The notes: generated from the letters alone by a model not told the origin. A stretch of 60,813 nucleotides of DNA, filler included, from Trichosphaerium sp. ATCC 40318 (GCA_038496445.1; 3 parts of 3 records of this genome joined end to end with filler, not necessarily neighbours in it); one strand, 5' to 3'; positions 11,960 through 26,057 are shown, counted from the whole stretch's first letter. Translations and numbers: made by a program.

Positions 11960-13839
11960 TTATTGATTTACAGATGACCAATCAATATCGCCTTTAAGTC
12001 CAGCTCCAATTTTAAGGCGCCAATCAACTCCAGATAACCAAACAGCACAATTTCGCACAAACCGTCCAGTACCAGCTGAATCCCAGCTACAGTATAGCTT
12101 AGTGAAACCACAATCGACAATCACACGCCCTTGTAAATAAAGTGAGTTTAACTTCGGAAAAAATTAGAGCTTGTTTACCTTTGTTTTTCGGGTGATGCGA
12201 CCAGAAGCATGGATGACCGTCTGTTCCAGATCCTATGATATTCATATCATCAGTTTCTTTTGTCGGATAGCATATAGTGTATCCTTCACAAAGAGAAACA
12301 AGACCAGTTGTTATCAAGTGTCGTTTGACTAAATCTAAAGTCAGAAACAACAACAAAAAAACCCCGTAAGACTGTTGCTTACACTGTCCTGTCTTAGGTT
12401 TTCCACGTCCACCCAGAGTTAGGTTTTTAGCTCCAGGTACGTTTCCAGTTAGTTGGTAATCAAAACCGAGTGCTTTAATTAGACCATTCGCCTTTTAAAT
12501 TAGATTAACAACACGGAAAATAGCATAAAGTTGCCGTACGTGCTGAAGAAATGGTTCATTGTCTGCCCATATGAATATTCCTTTACCTGCAGCATGATAC
12601 TTGGCCAATGCATCACACATTTCTTTTGATAGAAAGCCTGAACCACCAGCACAAACCCAAGCTTCATCGTGGTTATCCAAGTCATCCAAAAACTCCTAAA
12701 AAGCGCTTAGTATCTTTAAGTTTTGCTTTCGTTGTTGACCTTATCATTTTTGGCAATAATGACTACAAATCCCTTAGCTTCTAATGCTTCCTTAGGCTTG
12801 GCCCACACGAAATCACCCAAATAAGAACGCAAGATGATTGTGAACATGCCAAAAGCACTTTCTCTACCGAGATCATATCCACGACCTGAAGGGTTCATGT
12901 GTGCATCTTTATGAGTTGCTTTTATCTCATCATGTTGATCAGCAAACTCTGTAAAGAATCCAGTGATACTCAATCCACGCTTTAATGCTGGTCTGGAAGA
13001 AAGAGTTTCCAACAGAATGCTCAAAGATTGATTGTTAAATGTAACTTACTTTTGCTGTTTCTTTGTTGGTGGTGTATCAACTTCCATTGCATCACCTTCG
13101 TCTTCTTCCTTATCTGCTTTTTTACTTTTCTTTTGTGATGTCTTTTTCTGAGGTGCTTTTTTCTTTGGTGGTGTTGAAGTTAATGGTACTTGCTTTGTTT
13201 TCTTTGCAACTTTTCTTTTCTTTGGTTTTTTTTCATCATTCTAACTCGAAGTCAGTAAGCTGTTTGTAATCCTGTATGCAGTTTGTATTATCAACATACC
13301 TGGACCTTCATTTTTTGTTTATCAATCATGTATTTGATAAACTCGTCAACAGAAATACCTCCCTAAAGCGAAAGTAAGAAAACAGTGAGAAATGTTCCAT
13401 AGTTTTTGCTATTTTACATCTTTATTCGTGTCAGCTTCCTTTAAAATGCCTTTAATCTTCGCAACCGTTGGTTTTTTACCCAGGGAGCGTAAGACAGCCT
13501 TTAATTCATCGCCAGTTATAACGCCATCTTTGTTTTCGTCGAAAACTCTAAATTTGCTGTTAACGCTTTTTATATTCAAAACGGTTTAAAAAATACCTAA
13601 ACGCCTTTGACGTAAGTACTAAGCTCTTCTTTGGTCATATCAGTAGGTCTTTTTCTTTTTGCTCCAAGCATCACTGACGCCGATTCTACCGCCTGTAATG
13701 CACGATATAAGCTCATTGGAGCACTGTTATATTATAATGAGGTACGTACGCGCTTTGTAGAGCGCGTTTGTCGGTCTTTTGCATTTTCGAATCCTTGTGC
13801 TTCCAAAATGCTTTGGCCTTCAGTGGCTGTAGCTTCCAT
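11960..13839 (-). CDS. EF-hand pair + Lys-rich linker + conserved alpha/beta domain of unknown function
   Basis: EF-hands FRVFDENKDGVITGDEL and ADTNKDGGISVDEF; linker KKPKKRKVAKK. C-terminal domain with GKGIFIWADNEPF, HLITTGLVSLCEGYTI and GRVIVDCGFTKLY...AGTGRFVRN. Confidence 0.8.
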
Positions 13840-14167
13840 AGTACCTTCACGCTTCAACTATAAAACTCTAAGTCAAAATAACACGTGACATTTTCGTCTA
13901 CGGCACCTTTGGTTTAGACATTATTAGGTGTTGTTTTCCTGTGTTGTAAGTTATAGTTACAAGTGAGCCAAGCTTGACTTATTTTAGTTCTAGGAAATTA
14001 AACTTGTCAAGTTCTTAATATGTTCTTGGAATATTCGTCTTATCGTTACCGTGTACACGGCATACCTTATTGCTATACAAAATATTGCCTTTAGTAGTAT
14101 GAATCTAATCGACTCAGTTTGGCTTGATTAACTGTTTATTTTTACAAGGTTAATTCTTAACATAATT

Positions 14168-17100
14168 TTATGTTGCAGTTGGAGCATTGTAGTCACCTAT
14201 CATTTGCTTTATTTGAGTCATACGACTCTTTATCCTCTTCTTCTTTGCGTATTGCATGTATATTACTATGATACCTCCTATAATAATGACAAGAATTCCA
14301 GCAACAACACATGCTGCTACGACTCCTATTGGCACTTTTGTTTGGTTTGGTTTATTATCGCAGTCGCCACTTATTGTCAAAAACAATGCTTGTTTTTGTT
14401 GACTGAATATTGCATTGTAAGCACAGTCTTCATCACCTTGTTCGATGGCTATGCTATTGAACTCTATTATATTTTCTTGGCACATGTGGTTTAACACAAG
14501 AATATCTAAAGTGCCCTACATATTATTAATACATGACGCTTGTGTGAAGAGAAGAGTGGAATAAAAAAGTTAAGGTGCTTAAGTGACGTACAAGTTTACG
14601 GATTGTTGTTGAATCATTCATAGAAAGTGAGATGGCCAAGGTTGTATTCGAAAAATCAGGACATCCTTCAACAAAAAGACCAACACCACTTTGAAGAGTG
14701 ATGATAGAATCCGGAGAAAACGTTATATTACCTAAAATCCATACCTTGTTAGCTACAGATACTAAAACTTAACATGCCTCTAATGATAGTATCGTAATTA
14801 ATAACTAAGTTTCTAACTTGACTTGTGTTTGATACAACCCAAGTGTCGTTGACACAAACAGCTGATTCAAGAGGTTTTGGTGGTAAACAAAACGAAGAAG
14901 CACTTGGTCGAATGACATTTTGTGTTGGTTGAACTAAATCTTGTGTTGGCCGTTCACTTGGCGAGTTTGTTGGTTCTAGCATCGTTGGTGTAGATGTTGT
15001 TGGCGGTTCACTTGGAGCACTTGTTGGTTCTATTGTTGTGGGTGTAGAATCTTGTGTTGTTGGCCGTTCACTTGGCGAGGTTGTTGGTTCTAGTGTCGTT
15101 GGTGTACTTGTTGTTGGTGGTTCACTTGGAGAACTTGCTGGTGTTGGTGTTGCTGGTACTGGTCCAGGTTTTGGTGACGATCCACCTAGTGATGTAATTC
15201 CTATATTGTCCAGTCGTAATTGGCTTACATTTCGCCAGCTAGGGGAAAAGAATAAGCCAATCATTCAGGTATTTTCAGAAAAAGCAAAAAAAGCTGAAAC
15301 ATACTTTGCTCCTTCAAATCCTATTACTAGTTCATAAACTGATCCAAGACATGTCAAATCCTGTACAGAAGCGTAAATATGTTGCCACGTAGATAGTGTG
15401 CCATTCACTTCGATTTGGACAGACTAAGGAGAATATTAACAATTAAATTCTTTTCCTCTTTTTTTTTTTTTTTTTGGGTTGTAAACATGTTTGATCCTAA
15501 TTAAGCGTAACCGACGTACATTTGAACAAGAGGCAAATTTTAAAGTGATAGAAAGATCAATTAGGCTTGGCAATGGGTTTACAAATTGAATTTCCAAAAA
15601 AACGGCATCTGCTAGATCCCTTGAGAACTTCGAAGAGTACCTTTAAAAAAAAAGCTATTAGAACGTACGTCACTCTCAGTTCTAAAACAAAATGAAAAAA
15701 CGCTTTGAATACTTACGCTAATCCAATTTGAGGCGAACCAGGAGCCGTTTGAAACGCTACACAGAAGTAAGAGAAAAAAAAACGTTTTTAGTTTAGAATT
15801 AATTTATAAACATATGTAAGAATTTTTTAGGAATAAAGACGGGAGTCATACCAGCAACCAAAACATCACCTGCACCACCAAGTGTTATATCCATATCTAT
15901 ACTATTCAATATACGCCATTCGACATGATCGGTACCCTGTACGTTGTTAAAAGATTAAAAGAGCAGTAAGAAAAAGAAGCACCCCAAGCCTTTGTGGAAA
16001 AAGAGAAAATGCAGCATTTTGAAAGATATACAGTGACGGTAGTGCCCAATTACATTCAACTATACGTCACTCTGTAAGTATTAAATTTGTATGTATGTAT
16101 ACATACTTGGATCTCCTGTTGGTGGATTGAAGTTGCCCGAAAAGCTCTGAGTAAGTTTGTTAGAAGGCTATCTACTGTGTTGTATTCGAAAAAAAACACT
16201 TGTACATACTACACTAACAGAGCCATTCTGAACTAGTATTGAACTAAAGTCAATGGTTTGATCTAATTTATATGTTAGCTACTCTTATATACACGAAACA
16301 TTAGATATGTACGTACTGAGTATTGATACAAGCTAGTTAAACAATGTCAGAAGTATTTAAAAATTACGAAATAGATTGTAAATACCCTGACTTCAGCATG
16401 AGTATAGTTCTCAGGGTGCTGCTTGATAAAATGATACTTATTGTATTTGTCTGGTATGGCTTCAACCCATTCATTTCGACCATCGTTTACTTTGACTTCA
16501 ATTCTATCAATCCCAACTGTTACATGTTAAAATAATAATGGAAAATAACATTATATCACGTGTTAAAAACAATAAAGAGAAAATATTTTTGAAACACGTA
16601 CCTCTATGTTTGGTTGGTACAACAACAAATGATTGATTATTTACTTCATCAACAATTGTTGCAGAGAGAGTGTGGTTAGGACACGCGACTTTATGAATAA
16701 CAACATCCACAAAATCGAACTGTGGAGTGCCAGCTATGCGCTAAATAATAATGAACAAACACTTGTATGTGCACACAAACCACTTTGAAGATAAAAAATT
16801 TATATGCGTACTGTGTAGATATCATTACCATTTTGGGGAATCAATATTTGTGGATAGTAATTATCACATCCTTCAATTCCTGAGTTACACAGGCCACCAA
16901 CCTATTTTATTGAAAATCAAGAGTTAGCATGGTTTTCAACTACACTGCGAACGGACCATTAATATTTCAGTTCCTTGACTACCAGTGATTTCAAAGCATT
17001 CACCACCTATTTAATAATAAAAGAAAAAAAATACTGACCAAAAAACAAATAAAAACCGAATATTGTGCGTTCTTACAAGCACCACTGCATCTCAAATTAC

Positions 17101-17548
17101 TTGCTGGGTTATCAACTGGATCGTAGCAATCATCAACTGATGTTGTTGATGCATTAGAAGGCGATAAATACCAGTTGTAAAAGTTCTCATTGACAAGAAA
17201 ATATAGACCTGCGTTGTACATCTGTACGGCGTTAAGAAAGGCGTCCTACAATTTTTTTTGCTTGTACCGGTGAGTTTACTGGTACTTCATTATAGCTACA
17301 GGTAGTAGATGGGTTTTTGACTAGTTTTTAATTAACACTCGTTTTAACCATTGTAATTGAATAGCGTACCAGTTGGGGAAAATGATGTGGCCCTTGCTTG
17401 CTTGTTAAATTCTGTAAGGACCAAAAAAGTTTCAGTTATCACGTACAATGCAGCTGAAGTAAGGGTAAGGCTGTTGACCCGCTACGAGTGGAACTGCGTG
17501 ACAATGAAGGAAAAGTGCGAATATCGCGCCAACTATCGCCAAAAGCAT
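14168..17548 (-). CDS. Membrane-anchored expansin-like protein, paralogue A (signal, DPBB + expansin D2, CBM-like region, PT stalk, Cys domain, TM)
   Basis: Starts MLLAIVGAIFALFLHCHAVP. NENFY...GECFEITGSQGTEILM|VGGLC...VDVVIHKVAC fits the expansin DPBB domain; PTKHR|VGIDRIEVK..WVEAIPDKYNKYHF fits expansin domain 2. TM segment IGVVAACVVAGILVIIIGGIIVIYM. Confidence 0.8.
14940..15135 (-). repeat. Coding tandem repeat (~54-60 bp) encoding Pro/Thr/Ser-rich stalk
   Basis: PSEPPTTSTPTTLEPTTS / PSERPTTQDSTPTTIEPTSA / PSEPPTTSTPTMLEPTNS / PSERPTQD. Confidence 0.85.
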
Positions 17549-17920
17549 TGTGTTGCGCATAAATGGTCCCAAAATACGCGAATGAGGTTGTATTCAGGCG
17601 AACTTGGAATTGTCTGTTTTAGAGAATCCTCAAAACGGTTTGGATGATTACGTTGTGCTAATTTATCTCTTTTCGCCGCGAGGAGTTGGTGTGTTTCAGT
17701 GTAAAGCGCTATTTTAAGTCCAGTACTTGCAAAAACCCATTTGGTTTTTTTTGCTAGATGGCACTTAATAACCGCTCGTAGGTGGTTCGAAATTATTGGG
17801 CTTTTTGATTGTAATAATCGAACTTGCCTTCTTATTGTTTTAATACATTGTACACGTGTTGTTACTAGTAGAGTATTCTATTTTACACAGTAACAGCCAG
17901 TGCAAGTAAAGTACAGTGTT

Positions 17921-20900
17921 TTATTTTGAAAAAATTGTATCCAGAGCAGGCTTTTCTGGTGGTCCGTTGTAGTCACTCGTTACTGTCTTTATTCGTGCCA
18001 TCCTCTCCTTTATCCTCTTCTCCTTTGCGTATTGTACGTATAGAACCACAATACCTCCTATAATAATGACAAGAATTCCAGCAACAACACATGCTGCTAC
18101 GACTCCTATTGGCACTTTTGTTTGGTTTGGTTTATTATCGCAGTCACCACTTATTGTCAAAAACAATGCTTGTTTTTGTTGACTGAATATTGCATTGTAA
18201 GCACAGTCTTCATCACCTTGTTCGATGGCTGTGCTATTGAACTCTATTATATTTTCTTGACACATGTGGTTTAACACAAGAATATCTAAAGTGCCCTACA
18301 TATTATTAATACATGACTGAAGTTGCTGAAGTTGTGATGTGAAGGGAAGAAAATGAAGTTGAGTGAAGTTGCTTAAGTGGTTGTGAAGAGAAGACTGGAA
18401 TAAAGGAGTTGATGAGGTGGTGCTTTGGAGACGTACAAGTTTACGGATTGTTGTTGAATCATTCATAGAAAGTGAGATGGCCAAGGTTGTATTCGAGAAA
18501 TCAGGACATCCTTCAACAAAAAGACCAACACCACTTTGAAGAGCGATGATAGAGTTCGGAGAAAACGTTATGCCACCTAAAATCCATACCTTAGGATTCA
18601 TCGACAAACCAAAAGCAAACAAAAAGTACCTCTAATGATAGTATCATAATTAATATCTAAGTTTGCTACTTGGCTAATGTTTGATACGACCCAAGTGTCG
18701 TTGACACAAACAGCTGATTCAAGAGGTTTTGGTGGTAAACAAAACGAAGAAGCACTTGGTTGAATGAAATTTTGTGTTGGTGTCTCACTTGGGGTAGTTG
18801 TTGGCTCTACTGTAGGCGCCATTGTTGTAGGTGTATTTGTTGTAGGTTGCAAAATTGGTGCCATTGGAGGTGGTGTAGGAGGTGGTGGGAGCACATACCC
18901 TTTTGGTATCACTGCAATATTGTCTATTAGCGTATAGTCTACATCAATCCAGCTAAAACAGGAATTAGATGGGAAAAATAGAATTGCTTCAACGCACGGA
19001 TCTCCTAAAAAGTTTACTTCTATTTCATTAAACGAGGATTCACAAATAATATCTGAAATAGGAAAGGTAATTGTTTGCCAGGTGGATATTGTGCCATTCA
19101 AACCCACAACGGAAAGCTACAGCGAAGAGTTAGCTTTGTGATAGTTTGTTCTCAGTACGAGTATGTGAGTATTTGTTTGATTTTAACTTAATGTAACACC
19201 CCACTATATTGTTGAAAGGTACATGTGATATAAAGTAAAAATAATGCTTTTCTAAATTTATGACACGTACGCCAGGACAACCCCTGACTGCCATAGTGAG
19301 ATTAAGGTCGGTTATGTTTGCCTTTGGTTTAGGAAACTGAACATCCATAAAGAAATCCTCAACGAGAGTGTTTGTGATGTTTGAAGTGTACCTGAATAAT
19401 AGTGAGAAAGATAAAGTACTACGGCATGTTTTATATAATACTCACGATAATCGAAATGATCCTACATCCGCTACACAACAAGTTAGAAATATAAGAATAT
19501 TTTAAGAACTTCAAGAACATACTGCTAGTAGTAGCACGTAAAACACTGCCTCCATTATCAAGAAGTACTGAAACTGATGTTGACTCTGTTATACGCCATT
19601 CAGCGAGCCTAGTTCCCTACAGGCACTTGTTATAAGACATTGGAATACTGCTATAAAACATACTCCAAGTTTTTTTTCAGGAGTAATTTGAGCGCTTTGA
19701 AAGATATACACTGACGGTAGATCCCAAATACATTCTGTAATCCACCTTTATTAGTACACTCCTAATATACTAAGTACGTACGGTCACTGGGTTCTGGGGA
19801 TCTTAGTGATCGGGGAGCCTGATAATAGTTAATTTGTTATTGCTCATTTATAGTTTAAAGCGTACATTTATGTTTCCTAAGCCAACAAACATGGCTTCAG
19901 AAAACTGCATAGTATCTCCTTTATTCATACATTAATATTAAGGTAGAAAAGAAGTAAGTGTACCAGTTAAAGATACGACCTAGAAGCTGTGTTAATAACA
20001 AATAACGAAAAACAAGAATTTGTAAATACCCTGACTTCAGCATGAGTATAGGTCTCAGGGTGCTGCTTGATAAAATGATACTTATTGTATTTGTCTGGTA
20101 TGGCTTCAACCCATTCGTTTCGACCGTCGTTTACTTTGACTTCAATTCTATCAATCCCAACTATGTCACATGTTAAAACAATAGGTATAACATTATAATG
20201 TAGGCGTGTTTTACCATTGTGGTTGCTTGGTAATATAGCAAACGATACATCTTCTTTCACTTCAACGATTCTAACACTCATTTGGAAACTTAAACAATCC
20301 ACTTTACGAATAACAACGTCCACATGACTGAACAGTGGTGCACCAGCTATGCTCTAATATTCGAAAAGTATTAGAAAAGACATAGGAAGCAGTTGAACAA
20401 GAGTACATCGTAGTATCCGTTGATATTATTTATCAATATTTGTGGATAGTCATTTTGACATCCTTCAATTGCCGGATCACACACTCCAGCAACCTTAAGT
20501 AGAAGTGTGAATATGACACTGGTTAAAATCGTAATACCATTAATGTTTCAGTTCCTTGACTACCAGTGATTTCAAAGCATTCACCACCTATTTAATAATA
20601 AAATAAGAAAACAAACTACTGACCAAAAAAAGCCAAATAAAAACCGAATATTGTGCGGTCTTACAAGCACCACTACATCTCAATTGTCCATTTGTATTAT
20701 CAACTGGATCATAGCAATCATCAAAAGACGTTGTTGCGTTCGAAGGAGATAAATACCAGTTGTAAAAGTTTTCGTTTACAAGGATGTATTTATTGTCACG
20801 ATATCTCTATTTGCAACTTAGAATAAGCGTAGGTGCGTATAAGAAACTTACCAGTGACGTTAAAGCAGTAAATTCAAAATTACAGCCATAAGATGGATTT

Positions 20901-21129
20901 CCAGCTATCGTTTTGTATTATGGCGTTACGTGTCTAATATTAGATAGCGTACTTGGTATGAACGACGTTGCTCTTGCATTCTGTTTTTCAAGTAAGAAAC
21001 AATAAAGTTTAAGATACTACGTACGATGCATGTATTATATGGGTAAGGCTGTTGACCTGATGATAGCGGGATAGCGTTGCATTGAAGATACAACAAGCCT
21101 AATACAACAACAAGAGTTGTACTTAGCAT
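17921..21129 (-). CDS. Membrane-anchored expansin-like protein, paralogue B
   Basis: Starts MLSTTLVVVLGLLYLQCNAIP. Same exon order and motifs as paralogue A (GECFEITGSQGTE, VDVVIRKVDC, VGIDRIEVKVNDGRNEWVEA, FCLPPKPLESAVCVNDTW, TM). Confidence 0.82.
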
Positions 21130-22053
21130 GATTGTGCTTTACTACGCGCAATCTACACTTAGCAGGTGTTGTTCTTCTACTGGGGTATTTCCGAAAATAA
21201 AGTTTGTTTTTACGGAATGAAATTCTTCGCTGCGAAAATTAGTACAACTGGACCGTTGGTTCTAGCGAGGCAACAAAAATAGGAATTGGAGCTGCTAGTA
21301 GAGTTTTGACCGAAAGTGAGAAACATGAAGAAACGTGTTGCAAACTCCTTTTTCTGTAATTGCGTGTATCCCCACGTTACTCTATTGGTTCTAATCGCTG
21401 TTACTCCAATGTCTATTTTTATACCCTAACTCAAAGCTTACTTTTGTTGTATGCTTGGTTCTACTTTTTCTTGTTTGCCGTACATGTGCTGCTTCCATAC
21501 CCGGCGATAAAATTGAATTGTTGTCTAAAAACTTTTGAAAACATTTCTTGGTTTTTTTGTATTGAAAAGGAACAAGCAGTAACCCATGACCAATTTTAAC
21601 GCGTTGAGATATACGTGAAGTGATTTTTAGGTATTTCGCTGTTATTCGAAGCGCCAAAACCTCGAACCATTTGCAATATGCTCATTACGCACGTACGTCG
21701 TATTTCAGTATGATCGCTAGGTTTATAGCCTAGTTTAACAGTAAAACCGCTCTATTACCTACACGATCAAAGACACTTTAAAAAATTAAACGCTGGCTAG
21801 CTTCGATGATTTAGTACTGTTGCGCATTCCTTGACAGCACGTGTTGCGTTTCAGAATAAGAGTTGACTTTGGTACGTATTCTTAAGCCTGTTTTTCAGAT
21901 TCAAACAGCTCATTGTACCAAGTTTCGAGGTAAGGTGCGCTCATCGTTATAGGCAGTTGATTTTTAAGCAATACCTTCAAGAATTTTACAAAACAGCTCT
22001 GTATTTTGTAATTAAAGGTTTGTGTAGTTGTATACACATTAGTGGCCTCTACC

Positions 22054-24473
22054 ATGACGCAAGTGTGGGTACCGAACAAATCCGGTGGTTTTAGTCTAGG
22101 AACACAGGTACAACGCAGTTAAACCTCAGATACACTGTCTTCGCTATTATACTGCTAACTACATCGCCAGCAAGATAGCAGCGGTAAAAAAACGACAGTA
22201 ACACTCGAGGATGGCACAGTACGCTTATACTCACGTAAACGCTCGAGAAAAATAATGTCAAATGTAGAGTGTAACTGTGCTTACTAAAAAAGTTTTTCAA
22301 CGTAATCCTCCCATTACTGACGGTGTAGATGACCTTACACAAATATCTATCCTCGTAAGCATTACCCAAATGTGACACGCACACTCACCCTTCCCAAAAC
22401 CCATATACGCGTTGAATTATATCATACTAACTCTATACAGCATGAACCGGCGCTTTTACACAGTTTAGCATGTCGATACGCTGAAGATAAGATTTACTCG
22501 TTTTCTGGGCCTATTCTTATTGCTGTACGTATTTCAACGCGCCTTTGGCGAGTATCTTTTTTTTTTTTGTACTCGCTAGCGAACGTTGTGTTTCCTTTTG
22601 TGCTCGTAATTCAGTGTTCCTTTCGATAACACCGCATGAGACTTCTACCAGAATTTAGTTTTATTTTTCTTAGTTTTTCATTTTTTTTTGTTGTCGACTC
22701 TTTTTTGACGTTTAGTTCAGGTCAATCCTTACCAACGGTTCCCAATATACACCAATGCGTTTATTGGTAAATATAAAGGTGTTAAAAGAGAGGACATGAC
22801 TCCGCATGTTTTTGGGATAGCGGAGCAAGCTTACAGAGCTATGATTTACTTTGGTATGTTTTTTTATTACATTTCATTTTTTATCTCCCACGTGATCTTG
22901 TTTGAGTAATATTTGTACTCACTCTTTTTTTTTTATATTAGGTGATCAGTCTATTCTCGTTAGTGGTGAATCTGGAGCGGGTATGAAGTCGTAAAAGGAT
23001 GTCTTGAGTTAATAAGAATGTTTAGGAAAAACGGAGACTGCTAAACAGATACTTAACTATTTCTCTGCAATGAGTACAGAAACACAGAGTGTTGCTGGAA
23101 AAGTATTAGGTACTACACCTATACTAGAGGCATTTGGTAATGCCCGAACAACTCGGTACACTCCCTAAAACTCGCTTAGAACCAGTTACTAATATGTAAT
23201 TTCGCTTAGAAATGACAACTCGTCTCGTTTCGGAAAGTACATCGAAGTACAGTTTAGTAGTAATGGTGCTATTGTTGGTGCCAATATAAACACGTACTTA
23301 CTTGAGAAATCACGTATTGTCTCTCATGCATCAGAGGAGCGTAATTATCATATTTTTTATCAATTGATTAGTGGTAAGTTATTCATTATATTTCTTGACA
23401 AACACGTGATTTTAGTTCTATTTAAAACGAAAAACATTTTGCATTTGTTAATCTAATACGTGGTGTTAACATTTTTGAGCCTAGGTGCTACACCTGCTCA
23501 AAAAGAAAAGTTCAAACTTCGTGGAGTTAAAGACTTTCATTACCTGAATCAAGTACGAAATATTTTTCTGTAATCTTAATTTTAATGATTCTCTTAGGGT
23601 TGTATGACTGTTCCTGGAGTATCTGATGCCAAAATATTTGAAGAAACTAAATCAGCTTTCCGTGATGTTGGTATAATGGACCCTGAGCAAGAAGACATTT
23701 TTCAGTATGCAAAACTCTACTTTTTTTTTTATTGAAAAAGTGTTTCTTATGACCTTCGTAGATTAATTGCTGCAATTTTACATATTGGTAACGTCCAGTT
23801 TACATCAAGTGGTCAAGATGATCCTGCTAAGATAGCTGACCCTGGATCTCGTAAACATCTACAACAAGCTTGTGCTTTACTGGTAATCAAATAATTCGAG
23901 TTCTTTTATTTTGTTTTGACTCTACTAACCCAATGTGTTAGGGAGTTGATGCCAACCTTATTGAGAGGACACTTTTACAAAAAACCATGAAAGTCGGTGG
24001 CCGTTCTTCAATGTATCAGCTCAAGTTGACAGAAATCCAAGCAGAAAATGCTCGTGATTCCCTTGCAAGGCTTCTGTACTCCAGATTGTTCGATTGGTAC
24101 GTGTACTCAAGTTTTTTTTGTGTGAAGGAAAAACTATCTTCTAATCGTTTCTTTGAAGGCTTGTAGCTCGTATTAATGAGACTCTCAATAATGCGAAACG
24201 TTCTCAGAAGAAGATTGGTGTACTTGATATATATGGATTCGAGAGTTTTAAAGTGAACGCTTTTGAACAATTTTGTATCAACTTTGCGAATGAGAAATTA
24301 CAACAACAGTTTAATCATACTATATTTAAATCAGAGCAAGCTGAGTACAAGAAAGAGAATATAGGATGGGAGGATATTTCTTATGAAGATAATCAAGGTT
24401 GCCTTGATTTAATTGAAGGTGGTAGAACATCAATTTTGAAGCTTCTTGATGAGGAGTGCTTGTTTCCAAAAGG
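22054..24473 (+). CDS. Myosin heavy chain motor domain (class V/XI-like N-terminus), truncated by contig end
   Basis: MTQVWVP (SH3-like), [18 protein letters not shown]-loop [35 protein letters not shown] and [17 protein letters not shown]. Confidence 0.97.
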
Positions 24474-24573
24474 NNNNNNNNNNNNNNNNNNNNNNNNNNN
24501 NNNNNNNNNNNNNNNNNTTAATTAATTAANNNNNNNNNNNNNNNNNNNNNNNNNNNNNNNNNNNNNNNNNNNN
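24474..24573. other. Artificial contig spacer (44 N + TTAATTAATTAA + 44 N)
   Basis: Six-frame-stop linker at 24518-24529 inside an N run; identical to the spacer at 46900-46999. Confidence 0.98.
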
Positions 24574-24642
24574 GAATACTCGCGGCGCTACACCTGAGGG
24601 TACATAATTCTCATCTACTCCTCAAGTATTCCTCAGGTATTG

Positions 24643-25836
24643 CTATTCTTTAAGAGTCAAGGTGATGGATTGTCCCCAGTGATCCGACAGCTCCTGGCCA
24701 TTTTTTTGCTTTAAAATGTCAACTTGTTCTACTGACACACGTGCTAACTCTACACCCTCCAGTTTGTCAATGGCAAAAACGTAGTCTAGTCTTTCCGACT
24801 CTTGCCATACAACGAGCGAGTTGGTCTTGGAGTCGTAGGTGGGTTCTGGGCTGCTAAACGAGCCGCAGTATTCTTTGTATAAGTCTGTAATTCAGAATTT
24901 TTGTGAGTGTGATGCTTATGAAGGAAATAGCAAACACCGAATTTGGTGATTGACAGAACGGATCGTACCACGCATGCAAAACTGATTCATAAGGAATTTG
25001 TAGTTGGAGGAGTTGTATGGGATGTTAAAGTCACCCATGAGAAGGACTGCAAGTGATGCTGAGCTATTGCCTGGGTGCGCCAACCAGTTCAAGACGCATG
25101 TACGCGCGAATGTGTAAATCTCCTGCACCTGCTTTTTTTGAAATCGTTTGTTCATAGCGTCCAGGTGCGTGTTGATGAGCAGTAATGTTTTTCCTGCACA
25201 GTCAGTTAGCGCACCTTTGTAGACACGTGCAAAAAATAAAGGGGAAAACAAACAAATCAACTGTTGTGCATAGGTACAGGTAAACGAGATGTGTATCTAC
25301 ATACCTGGCCACAGTGATGGCATTGATAGGAATACCGCATGAACGCCTTTACGCGACTTGGATTCTGAAATTGTAAAGGTGTGTTTGTTGAATCCGTCAA
25401 GTGTAAACTTCTACTCGCACGTTCAGTGCTGAGTCATTATGTAATGTGTAAAGTGATATTGAATAAATACAAGTACTAACCTTGCGCCAAGCAGACCATA
25501 ACCCGCCGTTCGCGTTCAAATAGAAGCGTGCCTGATCTAAGAAGGGCATCCACGTCCAAGAAGTATAACCTGGAGGTATCTGTACATAAATTCGTTAACT
25601 AACGTAAAAGCGCCTCCAATTAGTACTTGATGCGTAGTTTCAACCGCTGCTTGCAACGTGTCAATGTTTGAACCCCATATTTCTTGCAAAGCCACTATAT
25701 CGAACGTTGGTAACAGCTTACCGATAGCTGTTGCCCTTTCTCGTTGGTTTGTGCACGTGGCGTTGTTTTTGTTTACAAGCAACCGTGGTATCAAATAACA
25801 GTTCCACTGCAGTATTCTCAAAGCCTTTGAAGTCAT
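24643..25836 (-). CDS. Endonuclease/exonuclease/phosphatase family, neutral sphingomyelinase-like
   Basis: LRILQWNCYL, DIVALQEIW, KSRKGV, NTHLDA, MGDFN, LDYVF and LSDHWG motifs. Confidence 0.9.
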
Positions 25837-26057
25837 ATGTAGCCTCTAGATATTTTGAGCGTTGTTGACTTGCCAAAATAGTTTCAACTGAATTTTCCTT
25901 TTTAGCGCATTATCGCGTATTGTTCACTAAACAAGCACCCCAGCGCGCAAGCGCAGTATCCTACAGCGATGATGAAGTTTATCAGGTTTTGCGGCTCACT
26001 GAGTTTGTGTGTCAAAAACTTACGAATTCATTTGCGCTAGTATCACTACAGTACAGA

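Noticed and set aside
17770-17800. tRNA/Pol III B-box-like GGTTCGAA
   Set aside because: No cloverleaf or A-box could be built.
24474-24573. TTAATTAATTAA palindrome as a biological motif (also 46944-46955)
   Set aside because: Identical six-frame-stop linker centred in N runs; an assembly artefact, so adjacency across it is meaningless.
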